63,978 nt of DNA, filler included, from Phoronis australis (GCA_002633005.1; 8 parts of 8 records of this genome joined end to end with filler, not necessarily neighbours in it); one strand, 5' to 3'; positions 1 through 12,857 are shown, counted from the first letter of the whole stretch. A program made the numbers and translations. The notes: generated from the letters alone by a model not told the origin.

Positions 1-1765
1 ATCAAGGGGTTTTTTACCAAAAAGGGTCCAAGTCAACAATTTCAGAATTCCAGATTGTATCACTAAAATCACACATGACAAAGCCCCCTGCAGTATCGCG
101 GCAAATCAGTCGAGAATTTTCTTCATGGTGATCCGCCAAACTTTCGGGGCTAACAAACTCACCCGAGCAAAGAGGTCCGGCCACTGTTTCAAAACCCATT
201 AACCGCGAATTAGCTACCGCTGACGTTATGTTCTTGCTTACGGGTTCTAAGACATGGTTCAAAAGCGCGCGCAATCACACCGGAGAACTGGCCCAGTTGA
301 GTACGCGAGACTAGAGGCAATGTTTTTGTGTGTCAATGCATGGGCCAAAAAGTATTAATTTGATTTCTGGCCGGGTAGTAATGTTACCAGTTGCATTTAT
401 TTATGCTCATGAAATAAACGATTTAACATAACAACACCTGACTGGCTGCCATTCAGTTAAAAGAAATGGCGGATGCGGCTCCCCGTCACTTGAGGAGTGG
501 GGGGCATCCCTATAACAAAATCCGTGTCATTTGTACTATTTTTTTCTCGATGGGCAAGGGAGCCTAAATACGCCACTGAAAGACTAGAACCCCTGCCTCA
601 CGCGCATCAGGTCCGCCCACTATAAGGTCAACCTCTTGTTGTTACTCCGCCAGGCCCGGCCCGCCGGTTGTGGCGTCAGGTAGCTGACTCATTTCTCATC
701 GCTGCAGCTTGTTTCAGATGAGGAATAACGTAACACTTTTCAATGTGAAGTGGTTCCTATAAAATTGATCAATTAAATTTGAATTTTGCATCACCGAGAC
801 CACCCCGGCGGCGTCGACCCGCTTACGTCGCCGGGTTACCGCCCACTCACAGGCCGGCGGCAGCTTGCCGCCCAGAGCGGTCAGTCGACAAGAACCACGT
901 TGAGCTCTGACTATATGGCGACAAACGACAGGCGTAAAATTAATTATATGTCAAATTATATTTCGTCAGATTTAGCCACATTCTTCCAGACCTGTATGTT
1001 TGTACAACTTTGTACTCCGGCGAACAAACTGAGGTTTGTGGTCCGACTGCCGCCCGCTACTGCCTTGGCAGTGCTGTGCTTGAACTTGGAATCTTGCTTA
1101 TATGAAGATCGCGTAAGCGTGAACTTCGAACACACGTGGAAACTTGAAAAGTTCACTCAAATAATCACGTTCACGTTGACAAAAATTTGCACTGCACCAA
1201 ATCAAATTACATGTTAATAAGATAAAGTAAATTTCAACCAATATCTTTTTTCAACTATAGTGGCGATTTTATTCACCAGATTAAACCATTCACATAATTT
1301 CCGATTATTTGGAAAAAGTTACGATAAAGGTGAAAATGGATAGTCATGAGGCCAANATAATTACAAAAATTCCTTACACTGAACAAAAAATTTTCAGTTG
1401 ATTGCCCAAATGAATATTCAATTCCAAGTTCAACATAAGCGATATTGAGACGAGGCTTCCGAGTTCACGCACAGCTGCAGCACCCTGCTAGTTCCAAAAA
1501 GTGCCACTACACAGCGCGGTTGTGCTTTAAAAATGGCGACAACACGTGAAAAAAAGAATCGGAAGCTAAAGCGAACGAAAACTCCAAATTCTGAGATTGG
1601 TTTGTCAAATATTCTGGAATTGGGTGGTAAAAAGGTATGTATACCCCACTGAATCCTTGTCTCTATACCGCGATGGTTGGTCAGGAAGAAGGTGACTTAG
1701 CCAGGTAGCTGTATCTGTGAGTCCACACACACACGGTAGGCTAGGTAATGACCATCGCCTTAGCT

Positions 1766-1907
1766 TAGGCAATGACCATCGCCTCTGTTGGCCCGAACCA
1801 GAAGCGATGTAGAGGCTATAGGCGCTCTGTACGCCTGAAGCTTTTCGACGAATTATGCCTCGCACCGACTAAACCATCAAAGTCACGTTGTTATAAATAC
1901 CTTTTGC
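1766..1907. repeat. Dispersed ~142 bp repeat; second copy at 37099-37240
   Basis: taggcaatgaccatcgcctctgttggcccgaa...aaataccttttgc is near-identical at both sites in the same orientation. Probably part of a transposon. Confidence 0.85.
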
Positions 1908-2670
1908 TAGGGACGTGACAAAAAATTTCAAATTCTTATTTAATATTTAAAAATGCATTGATTTAATAAAACATCAAAAACAGAGTCAAACAAAAAAAAA
2001 ATTAACAAAATCCATGAAGCCGTTGACTTTTTATGAACGTTTGAAGAGCGATAATTAGCCCTTTTTTTTAGTCCTCTGAATACATGGGAGTAAATGTAGG
2101 GAGAACAGCATTCTTCAAAAATTTTAGAAAATGTGCATGTAATATACATCATTAGAAAGCTCTTTTCGAGACNNNNNNNNNNNNNNNNNNNNNNNNNNNN
2201 NNNNNNNNNNNNNNNNNNNNNNNNNNNNNNNNNNNNNNNNNNNNNNNNNNNNNNNNNNNNNNNNNNNNNNNNNATTTCAAAACTAAGAAACGTAAATAGA
2301 CATGTAATACATCATTTTAAAGAACTTTTTATGATGAATAATTTGCCAAAGAACCATTTCGATTAGACGTTCCTGTGCGAAGATATTGACCTTAAAGTCA
2401 ACACAGCCGACAAAGAGAAGTTACTACGTACAATTTTGCGATTTCGAATTTTCATAAAATAACAATTACTCCAGGAAAAAAAAAACAAATGAGGTATCAT
2501 TTTAAAGATTTTTCATCAGGAAAGTTGAAACTTGATAATTGGTTGAGCAAATTATTAATATTATTTGTGATATTGTTTTTAACAATCATGCTGTTTGAAA
2601 CCGGCTTAACTTTGTCACTCAATTACATTAAGTAAAAATCAAAGATAAACAAACATCATTTCAAAAATGT

Positions 2671-2937
2671 ATTGATGACAAGTATGATATGTAGAACATT
2701 TTAATACAAGCTGTTGAAAGACATACAATAAATAAAACTTTTACATAAACTTTCCACAACAATGTAATAAAATGAAGACCCTGTCATGAGCCATCCAGGA
2801 ATGAATTGATGACAAGTATGATATATAGAACATTTTAATACAAGCTTCTGAAAGACATATAATAAAAAAAACTTTTACATAAACTTTCCACAACAATGTA
2901 ATAAAATGAAGACCCTGTCATGAGCCATCCAGGAATG
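2671..2937. repeat. Tandem duplication, 2 x ~134 bp
   Basis: attgatgacaagtatgatat...gagccatccaggaatg starts at 2671 and again at 2805. Confidence 0.9.
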
Positions 2938-3227
2938 TTCATGCTATAAAACCAACAACTGGAATATTCATAATCCTAAAATTGTCTCAAGTGATATGAA
3001 CACAAAAAAGAATTTATGATGGACAGATAAATAAAGTTCTCAAGGCATCCTCAAGGATTCAGGAGGGGCCAAACCCTTTCTGTGACAATTGGCAGTGGAG
3101 TACCTTCCAGTAAACAGACGCTCAGTGGAGTTCCTTACACAGACCTGCGGTATCCTCAAGGAAGGGGGCCAAACCCTTTCTGACTATCACAAGGCATTGG
3201 AGTATCTACTATGCAATGTTCACTGAG

Positions 3228-3338
3228 TTATTCCAGCACTTTGAAGTCCCTTTGACCAAAGTCATCAATCAGCCGAAAGGAGTAGATAGCCTCATTTTTG
3301 TTGTAATGGATATTAAACCAAGACAGATATCCGAGGAC
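3228..3338 (-). pseudogene. Isolated terminal exon encoding a Spin/Ssty (spindlin-type Tudor)-like C-terminal motif, probably transposon-derived
   Basis: Minus-strand ttctttcAG acceptor, then VLGYLSWFNIHYNKNEAIYSFRLIDDFGQRDFKVLE*. Resembles the spindlin pattern WFxIxY..xxxxY.xxLxDDYxxGDLxI. Confidence 0.5.
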
Positions 3339-4156
3339 CTGAAAGAATACTATAATTCATAATTATTTGAACAGTGTTATGCGAAAATGTTACCCTACTT
3401 GGAAATTATGCACATTTTAACAAAGGTGACATAATACTATTAAACTACAAGGTTGTGAAAAGAAAAAAGAAATAGCTAGATAGGTCATGTCAGTATTTGT
3501 CTGACAGTGTCTTAAGAGGTGGTGTTGGCATATGGTACTTCTTCGCGGACTCCTCAACAGCATCAGGAGCTGAAAAGCACAGTCCGATAGGTGGAGGGGA
3601 GAGCCAAAATGAAGGAGGCTTTGACCGTTTGTCTATGAGATCATGTCCAACTGAATAACTGATAAAATGCAAGTAGAATCAGTAGAAGCAGGAAAGTAGA
3701 AGGATCTGGACCAAGAGCTAGAAGCAGAGTCTGTTGAGAAAGAAATGTGAGACATGATGAAGATAGAAACTCAAAACAGGAGTGAAATTATAAGAACAAA
3801 AATAATGAAGAAAATAACAACTGGTTTGGTCCACAGTAAATTCCAACAAAGCTTACCTGGAGGATAAAGATCAGGGTGAGATTTATGAACAGTCTAGGCA
3901 AACCTCAATTGTTCCGTTAAAAACTATATATACTGGCCCGTGGTCAGAAAAAAAGTTTATCGAAAGCATGTATGTTTCAAAGTAGTGGACCACAAAGTCT
4001 TGGAAACACAGGACTGCAGTAGAACTGTACATTTGTAATATTTGTTTAATCTAAAATTAAAACATTTTCATTTTCTATCTTGACATATTCTGAATAAAAT
4101 GTCATGACCAACNNNNNNNNNNNNNNNNNNNNNNNNNNNNNNNNNNNNNNNNNNNN

Positions 4157-4168
4157 TTAATTAATTAA
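4157..4168. other. Artificial gap linker TTAATTAATTAA (also at 12802, 34646, 37724, 41303, 45572 and 61389)
   Basis: Identical 12-mer centred in N runs, with stops in all six frames. Assembly artefact. Confidence 0.95.
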
Positions 4169-5039
4169 NNNNNNNNNNNNNNNNNNNNNNNNNNNNNNNN
4201 NNNNNNNNNNNNGTGTCGTCTTATTGATGTAAAATCTCTCCGAGTCCAAATTCCGACTAAATGATTCACGAAATTTCACTTTTTTTCTTTTCCCAAATGC
4301 TTCAAATCCCTGCAATGTTTTCAACTTTTGTCTATTGCCGCAAGCGCCAGTATAAACTTGAGTGTGGCGTTGCATCATTTTGGTACGATGTATCATTTGG
4401 GAAAAAATGAGAAAATAAAATTTCACCTCTCCGCCATACTGTGTCCTAAATTGGTGAGATTTTATCAAGTACCATTCATCTTTCTAATATACAGGCACTA
4501 CAAGTCCATATTACAAGCCGCAAGAGGTTAGCGATAACCGGCGTCACAAACCACTACCTATTGAACCCAGTGACCAAGTGAAAAAGGTTTGTGAAGTCAA
4601 CTTATATTTTGTAAAATATTTTTGAATTTTTATATCTGCCTATTGTCAAAAATACCTAAAAGTATGAATCTTCTGAATCTTTGATAAGAAAAAGTCTGAA
4701 TCCCTTCCTCAGAGCGGCAGAGTCATTCATAAGATATTTCCCAGCAACAGATTTTACAAACACCTGTAGAGTCTTATTTAGCATTAGAGGTTTTGAAGTT
4801 ACATTGATAACATCAGTTTAGCCCTACTGTTGGTTCGAGGGTCAGCACAAGTTGTTTCGTTAACCAGGGGTATTCCAACTGTCAAAGATTTAATTGCAGC
4901 TTTCACGTTCTAATGCTCACCCTCCTGGATGACGCTACAGTATTGCTACCTCTGTGTTCAACTGTTCAGGTTTATTAGCCAAAGTATTTGGTCTGTTGTG
5001 TTGTGTCTTGGGTATGATTAATTAGAAATGGAATACTCA

Positions 5040-5476
5040 TGCCGAGAATTGTACAATTACACTTAAAGCTTACCTCAAAATCCAACTGCTCATGGCTGTT
5101 GCTACGGTAACTGTCCCGATTATGTTGCACACCCTGCAGAATTATTGAGGAACATAATATGGCAACATTAATGCAAGGGTAAGCCTGTAAAAGTCATTCT
5201 TGTCTAATTTTCAAAATTCTAAAAGCTATCACTGTACTTTTCACAAACTAATCAAATATGCTATTTTAAAAATTTTCAAAATGAAAATACCAATGTTGCC
5301 CCCTGTGTGTTTATGATGTGACTAGAGAACGATAAAATCAGCTGCCTGAGGCGATGTAATTATTTGACAGCAAGGAATCTTTGATCACGGCATTGCCGGC
5401 AGATTTCAAGGCACGCAAACCGGTTGAGTTGCACAATCTTGACTGGTAAAGGCGTCAACATAGGATTCTTTTCATG
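5040..5476 (+). repeat. Interspersed repeat family, copy 1 (related copies 8872-9333 forward, 10482-10877 reverse, partial ~7690-7770)
   Basis: Shared gaattgtacaattacactt...cctcaaaatccaactg start and aggattcttttcatg end. Copies are diverged. Confidence 0.7.
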
Positions 5477-6205
5477 TGGTTCTGGATTATTTTTGAGGAA
5501 GGAGTTTTACAAAGTTAACAACTCGAGATTACTTCACTACAAACACTGAATTTAAAAGCAAATAATCAATGCATCGCTGCAGTGGGAATCTCAAATTTGG
5601 TGTCCATTCGACCCGTTGGTTAACCTTCAACTCATCAGCTATCCGATCAACCACCTGCTTCAGCCAATGTTATCATTTTCTGGAGATTAACTTGGGTCAA
5701 ATCCAGTGTGAAGTTGACCACTTTAACATAGTAGTAAATACTTTGGGAGACAATAGTATTTTTCCAAATTTTTAAAGTAGCATACTTATAGTTTGTGAAA
5801 AGTACACGCGGTTTGGTTTTTGAATTTTGAAAATAGGACAAGAACTGTGACTTTTACAACCTAGAACTAGAATATAGTCCACAACTAGTATTGTCTGTTT
5901 CATTTATTCTGCTGTGCATGAAACATACGGTAACCTATTATCACTATGGTCATAAACAAGCAGTTAGAGATTGAGGAAAGCCAAGTCGGTCATTTTGCAA
6001 TTCTTGGCAATACCAGAATGCAATCTACATGTAATGTTTTTTTTAACACTCACCTAGTTAACGGACATTTGGATGTTTCGCTATAGTACTGGATTTTAGC
6101 TTGGTGAGAAAAGGCGGCCCTTTGAAAGTACCTTTAGTTTTAGAGGTAAGTCAAATACTCAAACTAGTTGGTTTCCATCATCATGGCGTTCTTTTCTTAT
6201 TTCAG

Positions 6206-6351
6206 GATCAGTTTCATGTAATTGCGCTGTATGATTACGACAACAAATCTTCCAGTTGTTCAAGTCGAGAATTGAGGCTTGTACGGGGTGAAGAGTACCT
6301 TATACTGAACAACAGTGATGATAACTGGTGGAGGGCACGCAACAAAAAAGG
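6206..6351 (+). CDS. Tec/Btk-family tyrosine kinase exon, SH3 N-terminal part
   Basis: Acceptor ttcttatttcAG at 6205. Encodes DQFHVIALYDY...ELRL..GEEY.IL...DDNWWRARNKK (ALYDY and WW SH3 motifs). GT donor at 6352, phase 2. Confidence 0.92.
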
Positions 6352-6673
6352 GTTTGTATGAGGCTGACAAGAAACGAGATGAGATAATTAACACTCGTAG
6401 ATGGCTTAAATGAAAAGTTGGCTGTTCACAGATGTCACAGGTTTTATGAGTAAAAATGAATTTATCGTAATCTATTTTGCCCGGGGTACGCCACAAGCTA
6501 TGTTGCAGAGTAAAACAAGATGAGGATTGCGAATATTGTCATTTACTATGACGTTAATAGAAAGAACTAAACAAGACTCTGAAACAGGGCACACAGGTTT
6601 TATGAGTAAAAATACATTTAACACATGTATAGACCTACAGGGTTGCAGATTACAAATAGGGCCTATTTTTGTA

Positions 6674-6901
6674 CCGTATTCGCCGTAATAACCGCCCATG
6701 CCCCTATAAGCGTCCTCCGGCCACGCGTTTTCAGAAAGTCTTTCATAGATTACAGATACGTCACAGAGCATAAAATTAATATAATGAATCTTAGCTTCCG
6801 ATTTCACCCATTTCGGAGACCGGGTTTCAACGGCCTTAATAAGCACCCCCACTGAAACGCACTTTTCTAAGCACAATGGGCGGGTATTACGGCGAATACG
6901 G
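6674..6901. mobile_element. MITE, Tc1/mariner (pogo/Tigger-like) type
   Basis: 25 bp TIR CCGTATTCGCCGTAATAaCCGCCCA with 1 mismatch. TA on both sides (6672-6673 and 6902-6903). 228 bp, no transposase. Confidence 0.9.
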
Positions 6902-7122
6902 TAATTGTTTTGCATTGTTGATTTTTTTAGGATGGAAGAATCCAGGTCATTGTGATGTGGAACTTTGAGTCGTATTATACAGGATACTATTATTTTTGAT
7001 GTAAACTGTTAGGTAACACCTCTCTCAGCACTCAGTATTGTTCCATATTCTTTGTAGGTTGTCCCAACCACTGAGTATTTTATGTTTGCAACTGAAATCC
7101 TATTTGTTGCTGTTTTATTTAG

Positions 7123-7200
7123 AGACATTGGGTATATTCCTGCAAACTATGTGCAAGTCATAAAAAGGAAAGATTCTGTGGAGAATCTGGAAGATTATGA
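7123..7200 (+). CDS. Tec/Btk-family kinase exon, SH3 C-terminal part
   Basis: ttttatttAG acceptor and GTAAGT donor at 7201. Encodes (G)DIGYIPANYVQVIKRKDSVENLEDY. Phase 2/2 joins both neighbours in frame. Not in the ORF track. Confidence 0.92.
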   Translation, partial: RHWVYSCKLCASHKKERFCGESGRL

Positions 7201-8011
7201 GTAAGTTTAATACCGATGTTTCACATGGAATTATAATTTGTTAAGTGGGCTATTGCTATACTATTATTTATTTGTGAATTTAATAAATAAATTATTTTTT
7301 TAGTTTTTAAAATTTTAAGTATAAAAGATACACGCGGGCTCATCATTGACCACTATGAGTGTTCCATACACCTGTGGTCGTTGCTCTAGAGAACACTGTA
7401 AAACCTGATGGCAGTGGCCGCAGAAATAACTTACTGAAATGTCATACCATTGTGAATAGGATATAGGTTGGTGTAGCTCATAAACCAATAAATTTTAGAC
7501 ACGATGTTACTACATCATTCAGTGATCTCAACGCAGTTTTAGGAAGATATTCAAATATGGTTTTCAACAAAAACTTCTGAAACAAAAATAAAAAAAACTT
7601 TGTCACCCGTAGTGTTTTTATGATGGATCCGTGAATGATAGTCAACAGCCTGTGGTGTCCAAAGGTGATGTATTCCTTAAAACTGTATTGTGGCAGATTA
7701 TGCGGTACACAACCCCGTTGAGTTGCCCAATCTTGGCTGGTGATAGTGTCAACATAGGATTCTTTTCCGTTTTTCAAAACCTCACTATTGTTAAAAATGC
7801 TCAAATTTTGTTATTTTCTTGTTTCAAGATTTTGGTATGTTAATTTGTTCTGCGATGTTGTATTGTAAAGTGAACTGAAGCTTTAATTACCATAACTTCT
7901 GCTTGATGTATGGTGTATTAAGGAGATGGGAGACCTATGGTATGCTTGATGTATGGTGCATGAAGTGGTATGGCAGTCCTATGGTGTGCCTGATTGAAAC
8001 TTTCTTTGCAG

Positions 8012-8146
8012 ATGGTACTTTGGTGAAATAACCCTTCAAAAGGCTGAACTATTGCTCAAAGAGTGTGGTGTGTCAGGGTCGTTTTTGGTACGAAATTCAA
8101 GAAAAAATCCAGGTCAATGTACGCTGTCTGTGTTGTTCAAAGAAAG
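8012..8146 (+). CDS. Tec/Btk-family kinase exon, SH2 N-terminal half
   Basis: tttctttgcAG acceptor and GT donor at 8147. Encodes (E)WYFGEITLQKAELLLKECGVSGSFLVRNSRKNPGQCTLSVLFKE with the FLVR motif. Phase 2/2. Confidence 0.93.
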
Positions 8147-8871
8147 GTAGTTAACTTTATGTATCTTCAGGGCTCTGCCTTGTGCTCCATATAGGCAAGA
8201 TTTTTAATAGTACATTATTTTAAAATTAGAGGTAAATTAAGGTAATATGGCAGTTTCAAACAATGGTGATTGTCACCCGTTTTGATTTCATTTTGTGATC
8301 ACTGATCTCAAATTTGAATTGATGAATCATAAAGACAAAAGTAATAAGACGAAATACCATTTCCCCGTCATGACGGCTAATTCTGTTAGCAGCAAAAATG
8401 GCTGTAATAACTATCAGGGCTGCAACATTCTAATTAGGGAATGGCTTAGTAGCCACCGTCATAACTTTCCACACAATTCCCCTTCATTATCGGTCATGAG
8501 AAAAGAATACTCTGACGGTTATTCGGATTTCGCCCAGCCGTAATGATGAGGAATTCCAGGTCATATTGTGTGATTACTTTTGGCTTGTAGGTGTTATTTT
8601 TGTTTAAGGAGTCACTTCATTCTCATTAAATCTTACTTTGAAGTTGACCATTTTTGAGATGCCATATCGCCTAATATAACTTGAACAAAACTCCTTAGAG
8701 TGATATATATTATTAATGCTTGGTCATTTTTACCGGCTCTTGCTGACTACTCTATTAGTCCCAAACCATTAGTGTCATTATATTTATTTCACACACAGAA
8801 AGCTGCCAGTTCGACTCAGTTGGATCACCCCTACTGCGGGGGAAAAATTATTTATTTATTTTGTATTTTGC

Positions 8872-9333
8872 CAAGAATTGCATGATGACACTTGTTCACC
8901 TCAAACTCCAGCTGCTGCCTGGTGGTTTGGTAATTGTCCCAGTATGTACTGTACACCCAGCAGAATTAACGCGAAACATATTATGGCAACATTAAACAAA
9001 CGTTTTAGGTTGTAAAAATCAAATTTCTTCATACAGTTTTCAATATTCAAAAACCTGTTAACTGTAACATGTGATTTTTACGAACTATTCAAATACCGTA
9101 TACTATTTACAAACTTTCAAAACGAAAATTCAAAAATTCTATCGTCACCCCTAATGTATTTATGATGGTCTCATTATCTATAGAACAATAACATCGGCAG
9201 ACTGAGACAATTTAATCACACAATAGAATGATGTCTTTGATCTGAACTTGCAAATGTTGTAGTGTGCAAACCGGTACTACTGGAGTTGTCCAATCCCAAC
9301 CATTTAGAGTGTCAGTGTAGGATTCTTTTCATG
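8872..9333 (+). repeat. Interspersed repeat family, forward copy
   Basis: caagaattgcatgatgacactt...ctggtggtttggtaattg...gattcttttcatg; diverged reverse complement of 10482-10877. Confidence 0.75.
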
Positions 9334-10040
9334 GAAATTTGCTACTTCAGGATGGTTTTGTTGTACATAAATGGCATGTTTTCTCGCATTTTCATTTGCT
9401 GGTTAACCTGTGGCAGGAAGTTTTGCCCTTTAAAGGAGATTCCTGCATCAGAACCAGTTTTATTCACATTCTTTTAGGCATAGCTTATAATTATTTGAAT
9501 TAGTGATGCGTATAATTAGCCATTTTGGAAACTGCTTTCCAAGGAAAAGCTCAAGGCTTGTGTTTTTGTTGACAAAGTTACTATTGCTTTAGTGACCGAT
9601 TTTGAAAATTCAAGAACCCACATAGTCTAATTTTTACTCCTGTATTCAGATTTGATGGTTTCCATCAGTTCTGATGTACGTCCCAAGAAGAGATGTGATC
9701 TGATATGAAACAGTTACTACCCTCACCTATATACGACCTTTGTAGTCAGAATCACTCTATTGATGACTACCTCCTAGTGAAACTGGGATGCGGATAGAAA
9801 CTGTTGGGGATTTCTACACTACACAATGAAAATTCTGATAAGAATTGTAGTCTAGAATATCAAATGACCGTGCACAACATATAGACAGTGATTTCATCTT
9901 TCATTTCTTCATCTTGAGTATCACTGTTATAGGTTATTCATTATAATTAACATTTCAATTATTGCAATAATAATGGTTATAACAAATATAGTAATAATTA
10001 TTACAATTATTGAATTATATTACTTACTTTATTATTTCAG

Positions 10041-10168
10041 TCCTGACAACCTCACAGTTAGACACTACCGGATCAGTGTTAATGAAGTCGGGCAATATTA
10101 TTTCTCCGAAAATCATCTTGAGGATACGATTGGAAATCTAATCAACTACCATAGTTACAATGCTGGAG
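10041..10168 (+). CDS. Tec/Btk-family kinase exon, SH2 C-terminal half
   Basis: attatttcAG acceptor and GTTAGT donor. Encodes (S)PDNLTVRHYRISVNEVGQYYFSENHLEDTIGNLINYHSYNAG. Phase 2/1. Confidence 0.93.
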
Positions 10169-10481
10169 GTTAGTGTGACTTAGTGTACTTTTGGGAAGTT
10201 TACTGCAGAAGATAAGTGCTGTTCCTTTGTTGCATACAAATGCAAGTATTACAACACATGGCAGCTTCCGGATTGTGACTTTTAGTATGGAACATGGCTG
10301 GCTTTAATGAAGATAAAGAACATGGTAATGAAAAATGTGAACTACAAACATGTGAAACACCAAGGGAGTTGGACATTGCCAACAAACCCGCATGAGAGGC
10401 CTAACACACAATTGGTGTCAGGGATCTTTACAGGAATGTTGGTGCATTGCTGGGGTAAGCAACACAACAAACGTAGCATTG

Positions 10482-10877
10482 CATGAAAAGAATCCAATAT
10501 GGACACCCTAACTGGTCGAGATTGGGCAGCTCGATCGTTTGTTTGTCTCAGAATGTGTCAAAGACACCATGCTGTTGTGATTAATTGGATCGCTTCAGGC
10601 GGATGTTACTGTTCTTCAGATAATCAGACGCACTGCAGACGAAGAGTTTTTTAAAATTTTTGTTTTGAAAGTTTGTAGATAGCATATTTATTTAGTTCTT
10701 GAATTTCGAAAATTGGACAAGAATGTGTGTGTTTTACAACCTAAAATGTTTGTTTAATGTTGCAATAATATGTTCCTCAATAATTCTGCTGGGTGTGCAA
10801 CATAATTGGGCCAATTACCAAACCACCAGGCAACAGTTGAATTTTGAGGCAAGCTAAGTGTCATCGTACAATTCTTG
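10482..10877 (-). repeat. Interspersed repeat family, reverse copy
   Basis: catgaaaagaatcc...caattaccaaaccaccagg...tcatcgtacaattcttg; inverted relative to 8872-9333 and 5040-5476. Confidence 0.75.
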
Positions 10878-11943
10878 TCATGGGAAGATATTGCCATATT
10901 TGTTACTACATCAGTTAAGAATGATCCTTAAAGTTAATGGAAAAAAATCTGCCCACATTTAGCCGCTAAAGATTATTCTTATTGTGACGTGTTTAACCAA
11001 CACCATGATCTTGTTTCATATAAGTGGAAGGCGTGTGCACGAGAGAAAAGATGAAATCGATCATCAACCAAGCATGAGACTCTCCTCAATTTCTGTTTGA
11101 GCCAAAAAAAAATAAATGCTGTTTCGACGATCTTAGAAGCACCGACACACTTTGATAAGTTGGCCTGGGTTTCACTCTGGTATCTCGTTCTTTTATTTTT
11201 GTTTTTAGCAGCTGACAAGGGTGAAATGAAAATTCTAGAAAATTTCACTCCTTTAGCATATTAGCATGTTGTGCAATCTGTTCAAGTGAAAATTTGTGAA
11301 AATCTGAGCAATTAGAAAAATGGGTCAATGTCAAAAATTTGTTATTATAAAATATGTAGAAATTTTCCTGTCTTTTTCAAAAAACACTGTTGGTAAAGTG
11401 TGCCAATCTCATGCATGCCTGAAATTAAATTTTCGTTTGCAATGTCAATGTAGGTAATCAGCACATTTTGAGTTGAGCATGGCCTCATATTTAGGAACAC
11501 CTATACAGATCATGAGCATGGATGCTCATGAAAGCAAAATCTCAAAGTGTGCAGTTAACTTATCCCTGTATTTTTCGTACGTAATTCACCACGAACAAAA
11601 TCACCCATGACCAGGTGCATTATGACTTGTGATTTCACTGTACTGATAAATTATAAGAAAACTTTTGGTTGGATTTCGTTTGTTAAAAGGTTGAATGCTG
11701 ACTTTTCATGCTACTAACAAATCTCGCAATACCTTCCAGTGCGAACTGATTGTGTTGTTTGACGACAGTGCTTGTAAACAGGCTATACTCTAGTTTTGCA
11801 AGCCAGTACGTTTGACTGGATTGTTCACAAAAGTCCTGTTTAAGTTCCTCATCACCACTGATTGTGTGGTAGGCTTGTCATCATGGGGGACACATATGAT
11901 GATAATTAAACCTGTAACCAACAACACACCTTTTTGTTTCCAG

Positions 11944-12080
11944 GTTTAGTGTCCCGTTTATTGAACCCTCTATGCAAGAACAAGGCTTCACCTTCTGCGT
12001 CATCACTGGTTCTTGATAAATGGGAACTAGATCGCCGTGATCTGGAACTGGGAGCAGAACTTGGAAAGGGACAATTTGGG
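11944..12080 (+). CDS. Tec/Btk-family kinase exon: SH2 end, linker and kinase glycine-rich loop
   Basis: tttttgtttccAG acceptor. Encodes (G)LVSRLLNPLCKNKASPSASSLVLDKWELDRRDLELGAELGKGQFG. GLVSRL and ELGxGQFG match Tec-family signatures (BTK GLISRL, ELGTGQFG). Probable GTCAGA donor at 12081. Confidence 0.9.
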
Positions 12081-12259
12081 GTCAGACTCAAGTCATTGAT
12101 TTCAACGAATGGGTAGCAGATGACAGTGAGATGACTGACAATTATACTAAAAATATAATGATTTTATTTGTTCACTTAGAGCTCAAGTTGGTCGAAGCTA
12201 AAATGTCTTCAAGAAACCACAAAAAAGTATTTTTGCTCATAAAACAGATTGTTCTAAAA

Positions 12260-12410
12260 CTCCCCGGCCCCCTCAACTCCCACACCCCACGACCCCCTTG
12301 ACCTATGACCCCCTCGACTCTCGACCTCCTCAACCCACAACCCATGACCCACGTCCCTCTCGACCCACGACCTACAACCCCTTTGACCCAATCTACACAA
12401 ACTCGACTCG
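12260..12410. repeat. C-rich low-complexity degenerate repeat (gacccc/ctcgac)
   Basis: Short imperfect acccc/ctcgac units. Confidence 0.6.
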
Positions 12411-12857
12411 ATCTGAAGATAGAACAAGTGCTCACTTGTCTCGTCTGCTCTTCAGTGAATGGCAGATTCAACCTTTTTTGTGCAGAGTGCAAGGAACCAA
12501 CAAAATTGTAATTTCATCGGTAAATACACTTCGAAAAAACAAACTGTTAACTAAAAAGTATTTCAACGTTATATGGAGTATATTGTAAACAAGTATACAA
12601 CGGAAAGCAAATCATGAAAATGTACATTCACCTTAATGTACTCTCTCCCTAAGTTTAGTAGAACTGGACCATTGGTAGCCGCTTGTGGAACTATTTCTGT
12701 GACAACGATAACGCGCTCACAATGTGTTATTTCAGATCACATTCTCACGCCACTTTCNNNNNNNNNNNNNNNNNNNNNNNNNNNNNNNNNNNNNNNNNNN
12801 NTTAATTAATTAANNNNNNNNNNNNNNNNNNNNNNNNNNNNNNNNNNNNNNNNNNNN

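Noticed and set aside
14-1217. GC-richer ORFs at the window start
   Set aside because: No recognisable domain or consistent splice structure.
4112-4212. Recurrent palindrome TTAATTAATTAA
   Set aside because: Always centred in N runs, so it is a scaffolding linker and not biology.
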